A stretch of 64,000 bases of DNA, taken from the NCBI GenBank assembly GCA_964524895.1, contig CAZGFG010000005.1, positions 5,976 through 69,975 of the forward strand, written 5' to 3'. Below, in pieces: positions 57,944-64,000 of this stretch (positions are counted from its first letter, which is position 1; every line of letters begins with the position of its first letter). Source of the stretch: an uncultured Gammaproteobacteria bacterium. GTDB lineage: Bacteria; Patescibacteriota; Microgenomatia; Daviesbacterales; UBA10151. Under the pieces are notes generated by a model. That model ran no database searches. It was not told the origin of the DNA and saw only the letters and a program-made list of their open reading frames with translations. A program made the translations under genes and the position numbers.

Positions 57944-57946
57944 CTG
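57913..57946. repeat. REP-like hairpin (AAGCCCACCCTCCAGGTGG, inverted orientation) plus second hairpin CAGGTG-GTTCGAATTGA-CACCTG, upstream of the RAYT gene
   Basis: Left flank AAGCCCACC approximates the reverse complement of GGTGGGATT in the downstream copy, giving inverted REPs around the transposase as expected for RAYT/REP units. Confidence 0.45.
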
Positions 57947-57963
57947 CTACTTTTTAAATTATA

Positions 57964-58644
57964 TTGAGGCTAATGCCCAATCCAAGAAAAATTCCTTTTG
58001 CCACTGATCACTTTTATCATGTTTACAATAGGGGAATAGAAAGAAGGCCAACCTTTATAGGGAAAAGAGAGATTAGGAGGGCTTTGGAAACTTTAAAATA
58101 TTATAGATTCACAAAGCCTCCGGTAAAACTATCCAAATTTTTATCATGCTCTGATGAGGAAAAAAACAAAATAATTCAGCAATTCAACCAAAACAACAAG
58201 CTGGTGGAAATCATAGCATTTTGTCTAATGCCCAATCATTTCCATTTTTTATTAAAGCAACTGAAAGACCAAGGAATTTCCAAATTTATTTCCAACTTTA
58301 CTAACAGTTACACCAAGTACTTTAATACTAAAAACGAGAGGGAAGGTCCTTTGTTTCAGGGTACCTTTAAAGCTGTTCTCATAGAAACAGACGAACAACT
58401 AGTTCATTTATCCAGATATATTCATTTAAATCCTATTGTTGCTGGAATAGTGGAAGAACAAAAACTGGGGGAATATATTGCCTCTTCTTATCCCGAGTAT
58501 TTAGGACAAAACACAAATGTTATTTGCCAAAGAGAAACAATTTTAAGCTTTTTTAGATCTAGGATAGAATACAAAAGATTTGTTCATGATCAAATATCTT
58601 ATGCGAAGGAGTTAAAAAGGATCAAACATCTGGCACTAGAGTAA
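57964..58644 (+). mobile_element. REP-associated tyrosine transposase (RAYT; IS200/IS605 TnpA-like HUH Y1 transposase)
   Basis: HUH motif in LMPNHFHFLL; catalytic Tyr motif YIHLNPIVAG (compare E. coli RAYT LPEHMHCIW and YIYINPVKHG); 226 aa; flanked by REP-like hairpins. Confidence 0.7.
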
Positions 58645-58660
58645 CAGGTGCCAAGCTATT

Positions 58661-58679
58661 CCACCTTCCAGGTGGGATT
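58661..58679. repeat. REP-like palindromic element (CCACCTTCCAGGTGGGATT) downstream of the RAYT gene
   Basis: 19/19 identical to the copy at 10231. Confidence 0.45.
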
Positions 58680-58736
58680 CAGCGCAAATATCAATACTCT
58701 AGACATTATCATTAGTTCTAAGTTAGACTAAAAATT

Positions 58737-59102
58737 ATGAAAAGGAAAACTGATCCAAGACATATCAATAGGATAAAGGTAATGCAGGAATTATTTTCCT
58801 GGGAATTCCAATCCATCCGGCTTATTAATCCTAAATCCAAAGAGATTGTAAAAAATCTAGATGTAATTGATAAACTAATTGCCAAATCTGCTCCGGATCG
58901 GCCGATAGAACAAATCAACAAGATAGATTTAGCCATCTTGCGTTTAGCAGTATTTGAGTTAATAATTAAAAAGGAGGCACCTCCTAAGGTAATTGTTGAT
59001 GAGGCTATTGAATTGGGCAAAGAGTATGGTTCCGATTCCTCACCTGCATTTATAAATGGGGCTCTCGGTCAAGCTATTAAAACAACCAAAATAAAAATAT
59101 AA
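58737..59102 (+). CDS. nusB: Transcription antitermination factor NusB
   Basis: ...DRPIEQINKIDLAILRLAVFEL...VIVDEAIELGKEYGSDSSPAFINGALG is the NusB consensus. Confidence 0.85.
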   Translation: MKRKTDPRHINRIKVMQELFSWEFQSIRLINPKSKEIVKNLDVIDKLIAKSAPDRPIEQINKIDLAILRLAVFELIIKKEAPPKVIVDEAIELGKEYGSDSSPAFINGALGQAIKTTKIKI

Positions 59103-59104
59103 AT

Positions 59105-59341
59105 ATGCCAACAGCCAAAGACATCACACAAGCAATCGGTGAACATTTAGGCTTATCTGCCGAAGATTTGGACCGACAAAGTCTGCTCCGAGAGGATTTG
59201 GGGCTTGGACCTATTGAACTAAATGACCTGCTAAATTACCTTTCGGAAAAATATGATCTTAGTTTCACTGCTCAAGATGTAGAAGAGCTGAAAACATTAG
59301 ACGACCTGGTAGCACTTATTGAGGATAATTTGATAGGGTAG
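59105..59341 (+). CDS. Acyl-carrier-protein-like small acidic protein lacking the phosphopantetheine-attachment serine
   Basis: 78 aa acidic four-helix-like; DLGLGPIELNDLL occupies the position of ACP DLGADSLDTVEL, with GP replacing the DS(L) Ser site. Sits upstream of rnc, as acpA-rnc does in Firmicutes. Confidence 0.5.
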   Translation: MPTAKDITQAIGEHLGLSAEDLDRQSLLREDLGLGPIELNDLLNYLSEKYDLSFTAQDVEELKTLDDLVALIEDNLIG

Positions 59342-59343
59342 TT

Positions 59344-60057
59344 ATGGCAAAAGATAATTTCGATGACCTCTTAAGATCTTTGGGACTTCAATTCAAAAAC
59401 ATAAACTTACTCACCCAAGCTTTTATCCACCGCTCATATCTGAATGAGGTAAAACTTAATATGCAATCCAACGAGAGGCTGGAGTTTTTAGGAGATGCCA
59501 TACTATCTTTTGTAGTATCCAACCATCTCTTTAGAAACCGTACCGCAGATACCGAAGGGGACCTAACTAATTTAAGGGCCTATATAGTCAAAACCAAATC
59601 ACTGGCTCAAGCAGCCGGGAAACTTCACCTCGGAGACTATTTGAGCTTATCCAGGGGAGAAGATGCTTCCGGAGGGAGAGAAAATCCACAGCTTTTGGCA
59701 AATACTTACGAGGCGCTGTTGGGAGCGGTTTTTTTAGACCGCGGTCTGGATTCGGTAACCAAAGTTATAGAAAATACTTTATTGCCCTTATTTGAGAAAG
59801 AGATTAAGAGCGGTCCTCCCAAAGACTCCAAAAGCCTACTGCAAGAAGTATTGCAGGAGCGTTTTAAGCAATCACCTCAATACAGAACTTTACAAACATT
59901 TGGCCCGGACCATGCTAAAGAATTTAAAGTCGGAGCTTTTTTAAAGGGCAGAAAGTTGGGTGAGGGAACTGGTACCAGCAAACAAGATGCCGAAGAACAT
60001 GCAGCAAAAGATGCATTAAGGACTTTAACAGGCCCCAACCAAAAAGATTTACTTTAG
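59344..60057 (+). CDS. rnc: Ribonuclease III
   Basis: RNase III signature ERLEFLGDAIL; C-terminal dsRBD (...QEVLQERFKQSPQY...GPDHAKEF...). Confidence 0.9.
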   Translation: MAKDNFDDLLRSLGLQFKNINLLTQAFIHRSYLNEVKLNMQSNERLEFLGDAILSFVVSNHLFRNRTADTEGDLTNLRAYIVKTKSLAQAAGKLHLGDYLSLSRGEDASGGRENPQLLANTYEALLGAVFLDRGLDSVTKVIENTLLPLFEKEIKSGPPKDSKSLLQEVLQERFKQSPQYRTLQTFGPDHAKEFKVGAFLKGRKLGEGTGTSKQDAEEHAAKDALRTLTGPNQKDLL

Positions 60058-60105
60058 GGATTGTTACTTAAGCTATAATCTGATAAAATCCTCAAGCCAA
60101 ACAAT

Positions 60106-60495
60106 ATGTTAAAGATAAGATTAATGCGGATCGGTACTAAGAAAAAGCCATTCTATCGGGTGGTCGCGGTTGATGAGCGTAAAAAACGCACCGGCAGTTA
60201 TATTGAGTCAGTGGGTACATATAATCCCCTTACCCAACCTAAGGAGATAAACTTAAAGCAGGATAGGATTGATTATTGGCTAAAACAAGGTGCTCAAGCT
60301 TCTGTTGGTTTTTTGAGGATTATTGGCAAAGCCCCTCAAAAACTACCGAGAAAACCTCGCAAACAACAACCAGAGTCGCCTGTCAAGACTGCAACGCAGG
60401 AGCAATCCGCCACACCAGAGGCTACTACCGAGCAAACGCAACCACCAGAGGAGACACCTGCAGAGGAAGGAAAGACAGAAGAAGTAAAGGCATAA
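60106..60495 (+). CDS. rpsP: 30S ribosomal protein S16 with P/E/T-rich C-terminal extension
   Basis: MLKIRLMRIGTKKKPFYRVVAVDERKKRTGSYIESVGTYNPL is a canonical S16 core (~80 aa), followed by a ~45-aa low-complexity tail. Confidence 0.9.
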   Translation: MLKIRLMRIGTKKKPFYRVVAVDERKKRTGSYIESVGTYNPLTQPKEINLKQDRIDYWLKQGAQASVGFLRIIGKAPQKLPRKPRKQQPESPVKTATQEQSATPEATTEQTQPPEETPAEEGKTEEVKA

Positions 60496-60500
60496 GTACT

Positions 60501-60746
60501 ATGAAAGACTTACTGGAATACATTATCACAAATCTGGTATCCAAGCCCGATGCTGTGGAAATTAAAGAGAACCAAGAAGAGGGAACTGTTGAATTTGAGT
60601 TGAAGGTAGATCCGGAAGATATGGGACTGGTGATCGGCAAAAAAGGGCAAACAATCAGGGCTATCCGTAAATTGCTAACAGTCAGGGCTATAGCCGAAAA
60701 CGTCCGGGTAAACCTAAATCTGGTTGAAACGCAACAACTGGCATAA
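60501..60746 (+). CDS. KH-domain RNA-binding protein (YlqC/UPF0109-like)
   Basis: MKDLLEYIITNLVSKPDAVEI...VDPEDMGLVIGKKGQTIRAIRKLL with the GxxG KH loop; in the conserved rpsP-KH-(rimM)-trmD position. The track ORF 60276..60746 is an artefactual upstream extension overlapping rpsP. Confidence 0.75.
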   Translation: MKDLLEYIITNLVSKPDAVEIKENQEEGTVEFELKVDPEDMGLVIGKKGQTIRAIRKLLTVRAIAENVRVNLNLVETQQLA

Positions 60747-61442
60747 ATGGAGATTACTGTTATTACTCTTTTCCCCGAGGTTTTTGAACCTATTTTAAAC
60801 TCCAGTATTCTTAAGCGTGCCCAGAAAAAGAAACTGGTAAAATTCAAGCTAATTAACCTGCGGGACTTCGGCGTGGGAACTCACAAAACAGTCGATGATA
60901 AACCTTACGGAGGGGGAGTGGGTATGATCTTGAAAGCAGATGTGTTGGCTAAAGCTCTAAAGTCGGTAGCACGCCAGAAACCTTTTACAATTTTGATGTC
61001 GGCAGCCGGTACAACTTTTACTCAAAAAAAGGCTAAAGAACTCTCCGGTAAAAAGAATCTGGTTATAGTCTGTGGACACTACGAAGGGGTAGACCAAAGA
61101 TTTGCCGATAAGTACGCAAGGGAAGAAATTTCAATCGGAGAATATGTTCTAACAGGCGGGGAGGTGCCTGCTATGGCGGTAATAGATGCTATAACGAGGT
61201 TAATTCCAAAAGTCTTGGAAAAAAGTGAGGCAGTTGAGATAGAGTCTTTTAGTAACAATTTATTGGAATTTCCTCAATATACCAGGCCGGAAGTTTTTGA
61301 AGGGAAAAAAGTACCCAAAGTTTTATTATCCGGTAATCACAGTATGATAGCCAAATGGAGAAGGGAACAAGCGCTTAAGAGGACCAGGAAACTGCGCCCT
61401 GAACTACTCGAAGAGAAGCTCCGCTTACTCAAAAGGGTTTGA
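60747..61442 (+). CDS. trmD: tRNA (guanine37-N1)-methyltransferase
   Basis: MEITVITLFPEVFEP...GRYEGVDQR-like motifs (CGHYEGVDQRF); SPOUT fold; 231 aa. Confidence 0.9.
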   Translation: MEITVITLFPEVFEPILNSSILKRAQKKKLVKFKLINLRDFGVGTHKTVDDKPYGGGVGMILKADVLAKALKSVARQKPFTILMSAAGTTFTQKKAKELSGKKNLVIVCGHYEGVDQRFADKYAREEISIGEYVLTGGEVPAMAVIDAITRLIPKVLEKSEAVEIESFSNNLLEFPQYTRPEVFEGKKVPKVLLSGNHSMIAKWRREQALKRTRKLRPELLEEKLRLLKRV

Positions 61443-62126
61443 TTTACCTCTCGGGCTTAAGGTAGTAGTCGTAGGAGGGGTAGCCTCAACGATACTGCTA
61501 AGTTTTATCAGTAAATCTTCATCTTGCTTGGAAAGTTGGGGTAGGGGGGCATCAATAGACCCTATTTTTGTGGGAATCATAGAGTAATAAACCTTAACTT
61601 GAATAACCGCATTGATGATATTGGGGTCTTTTCCCGAAGTAATCAGTATCGTATTTACCCTCATAACCCGAGAAGTATTTTCAATTCCCGCCAATAAATT
61701 ATTGAGTCCGGCTTTGGGGCCTATTACCTCTATAGCAATATTGTATGCAGAGCTTGCGCTAGCAGTTGCTTGTTCTTCGGAAGAAGTCAGATCCAAGGAA
61801 ACTAGATTAAAGCTGTTTTGGCTGGAGATTTGTTGAACCAAACCGATAACCTCACCAAAATCTTTGTCACCCGGTAAGGCTGCAAGGGCAAGGTTTAGCT
61901 TCTTGGATAAATCCGCTTCATTTACATTCTGCAATTCTGAAGCCTTGGCTTCCAGAAATTTAGACCGGCTAAGCAAAGCTCCTTGAGCATTATTGTTGCC
62001 TATCAACTTTACAATCTGCGGATAAATTACAAAAACTATTAAAATCAGGCTGGATACCCCTATTACTAAAGGGATAATATACAATTTATATTTACCATAT
62101 AATTGTTTCAGGTTTTCATTCATCAT
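61425..62126 (-). CDS. pilO: Type IV pilus assembly protein PilO-like
   Basis: N-terminal TM helix, coiled-coil, C-terminal alpha/beta domain; third gene of a pilM-pilN-pilO-like triplet. Confidence 0.55.
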   Translation of the reverse strand: MMNENLKQLYGKYKLYIIPLVIGVSSLILIVFVIYPQIVKLIGNNNAQGALLSRSKFLEAKASELQNVNEADLSKKLNLALAALPGDKDFGEVIGLVQQISSQNSFNLVSLDLTSSEEQATASASSAYNIAIEVIGPKAGLNNLLAGIENTSRVMRVNTILITSGKDPNIINAVIQVKVYYSMIPTKIGSIDAPLPQLSKQDEDLLIKLSSIVEATPPTTTTLSPRGKSNPFE

Positions 62127-62695
62127 GGCTCAAGAGTCTTGGATTCCACTTTTAGATTGGCCCGGTAAAAACCATCCCTAGATCTGTTTAAACTATCTAT
62201 AGAGACCTTATCTATAATATCCGAATCGGCCACCGCCGATTCCAATAAACCATTAATAAAGTTGTCCAAACTTGATGCATCCGCAGCTATCAGGGTGATT
62301 AAAACATTGCCAAAGCTGTTAATTTCTACAGTGGTAACACTGACCTGTGGTGGCAGGTTTTTGTTAACTAATTCGTAAACAGCCAGCTGTTTAGACTTTT
62401 CAGATGAAAATTCATTAATGACTTCCAATCTATTTTTTAAAATGAATAAAGTGGCCTCTTTGCTTTTTAGGTCCGAAACTCTGCCTTCTGCTTTATCTAA
62501 TTTTGCCTCAACTTGCTTAATATTTTGGCTTTGTAAAATACGCAGAGCAAACGTGAAAGATGCTAAAAAGGCTAAAGCCAACAGGGTGATCGTGCCAAAC
62601 TGCTGGACTTTGTATAATCTATCTACTTTGGCCTTCTGATTGGCATATTCAGCAGGCAAAAGATTTATAGACATGACCTGTCTTTGGCTACTCAT
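62123..62695 (-). CDS. pilN: Type IV pilus assembly protein PilN-like
   Basis: 190 aa; short cytoplasmic N-terminus (INLLP motif: MSINLLPAEY), single TM, periplasmic coiled coil. Confidence 0.6.
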   Translation of the reverse strand: MSSQRQVMSINLLPAEYANQKAKVDRLYKVQQFGTITLLALAFLASFTFALRILQSQNIKQVEAKLDKAEGRVSDLKSKEATLFILKNRLEVINEFSSEKSKQLAVYELVNKNLPPQVSVTTVEINSFGNVLITLIAADASSLDNFINGLLESAVADSDIIDKVSIDSLNRSRDGFYRANLKVESKTLEP

Positions 62696-63767
62696 TTCTT
62701 AAGGCTAAACCTACGGCCACAGAATAGGAAGGTGCATCTTGGGCTAACTTAACTGCCAATTGTTTATCTTTAGTAATAGAAAACCAGGGATCTGCTTCCT
62801 GAACTTCGAGTCCTAGGGAATTAGCAAAATAAATCACTATTCCGGGCATTTTAGCACCACCACCGCTTAACACTAACCTCTTGATCTGGTTACTGGGGTA
62901 TTTTGTTTGAAAAGCTTGGATTACTCTCCTGCTTTCGTTCACTATCACATCTATAATGGGTTTCAACTCTTCAAATACCTTTCCCTCGAGTTGATCTTCC
63001 AATAAACCATAAGTTTTTTTGTATTCTTCTGCCTGCATCATTTCAAAGTTGAATTGCTGGGCCACTGCCCGAGTTAAAGCTTGCCCGCCGGTCGTAATTG
63101 ATCGGGTCAACCATACCAATCCTTTGGAAACTACTGCCAAATCAGTAGCACTGGCACCTATTTGAACAATTAAGGTACTGGGGGAGATAACATTATTGCC
63201 AACTAAAGACCGGGTTGCAGCTATAACTTCCGTTTCCAAAGCTCTAGGTTGCAAACCGGCCATAGCTAAAACTTTTATATATTTACTGACTATATTTTTA
63301 GGGGTAGCAACCACAAATACCACTGTTCGGGCATTTTTATCTTTCGGGTCAGACCGGAATAAAGTTTGCCAGTTAAGATTTACTTCGTTTAAAGGTAAGG
63401 GGATAAACTCTTCTGCGGCATACCCAATTGCGGAAGAAAGCTCCTCATCGTTTAAATATGGGAGATCATCGATCACTCTGGTGAATACTTTAGACTCCGG
63501 TAAAGCTGTTACCACTTCCTTGCCTTCTATCCTGGTCGCTGCCAAAAGTTTTTTGATGGCAGTTGCGACTGTTTCTAAATCCAAGTCCGAATCAGAGATC
63601 ATTCCTGGGTGGGGGGCAGCAATGGAGCCCAGAGAAACTAGACGAGCTTGGTCTTTATCCAAAGCCAACTCAACGACTTTGATAGAGGAAAATCCGATAT
63701 CTAAACCAACATTAAATTTGGGCATACTTTTATTGTAATCACTGCCGCGCCCAATAATCAATGCCAA
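62688..63767 (-). CDS. pilM: Type IV pilus assembly ATPase-fold protein PilM (actin-like)
   Basis: VGLDIGFSSIKVVEL actin-fold phosphate-1 motif; 359 aa; start overlaps pilN. Confidence 0.8.
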   Translation of the reverse strand: MALIIGRGSDYNKSMPKFNVGLDIGFSSIKVVELALDKDQARLVSLGSIAAPHPGMISDSDLDLETVATAIKKLLAATRIEGKEVVTALPESKVFTRVIDDLPYLNDEELSSAIGYAAEEFIPLPLNEVNLNWQTLFRSDPKDKNARTVVFVVATPKNIVSKYIKVLAMAGLQPRALETEVIAATRSLVGNNVISPSTLIVQIGASATDLAVVSKGLVWLTRSITTGGQALTRAVAQQFNFEMMQAEEYKKTYGLLEDQLEGKVFEELKPIIDVIVNESRRVIQAFQTKYPSNQIKRLVLSGGGAKMPGIVIYFANSLGLEVQEADPWFSITKDKQLAVKLAQDAPSYSVAVGLALRNE

Positions 63768-63789
63768 TCAAAACTTGGGATTCTCCGAA

Positions 63790-64000
63790 TTATTTATTTA
63801 TATCCCCGACAGAAAAGATTGCGTAATCAAAATAGGGAGGAACTACTTTATCCAGCTTAAATACCTGTATCCGACGCCTGGTAGACCCGGACACACCGGT
63901 GGAAACAATTACTCGGGCTTGCGGAGGGAGTGAACAGGAAAACCCCTCGCAACCCCCCACGGGAGCAATAGCCAAAGGTTGACTGGTTATATTATAAAGA
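63790..64000 (-). CDS. C-terminal fragment of an unidentified protein (open through the window end)
   Basis: Reading frame continues upstream past position 64000; the track 'start' at 63975 is TTG; no motif recognised. Confidence 0.25.
   Translation of the reverse strand, partial: LYNITSQPLAIAPVGGCEGFSCSLPPQARVIVSTGVSGSTRRRIQVFKLDKVVPPYFDYAIFSVGDINK

Noticed and set aside
60276-60500. 5' extension of the KH-protein ORF (track 60276..60746)
   Set aside because: The upstream 225 nt overlap rpsP in another frame; the conserved KH protein begins at ATG 60501.

Overview
The window is AT-rich (~37% GC) and densely coding, and it looks like a small-genome, Patescibacteria/CPR-like bacterium (inference from composition and gene content). 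Housekeeping content: thrS–infC–rpmI–rplT–(MFS)–pheS–pheT; an F1Fo ATP synthase operon on the minus strand; glmS, murT/gatD, class-A PBP, L,D-transpeptidase, def, recG, rpmF, archaeal-type tyrS, nusB–(ACP-like)–rnc, rpsP–KH–trmD, pilMNO, tsaC, and 10 tRNAs. Accessory or unusual content: (i) an operon of ClpP/S49-like protease + small acidic-tailed peptide + 851-aa protein with C-terminal ATP-grasp fold + M20 peptidase behind a terminator/antiterminator leader (10.3–15.3 kb); (ii) the ATP synthase operon is split, with atpD followed in atpC's place by a 339-aa protein carrying a C-terminal PD-(D/E)xK-like motif, plus a PaaX/Cas2-fold regulator flanked by palindromes, def and a mini beta-carbonic-anhydrase-like gene; atpC lies 3.4 kb away; (iii) three tRNA loci carry partial tRNA duplications, one (tRNA-Val) bracketing an HTH + LAGLIDADG-like homing-endonuclease candidate; (iv) a REP-associated tyrosine transposase (RAYT) flanked by REP-like hairpins, with further REP copies dispersed; (v) a GC-rich non-coding stretch (42.3–42.57 kb) that may be a structured RNA. 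Hand-counted coordinates of RNA and repeat features may be off by 1–2 nt; CDS coordinates follow the supplied ORF track except where an internal ATG/alternative start is argued.
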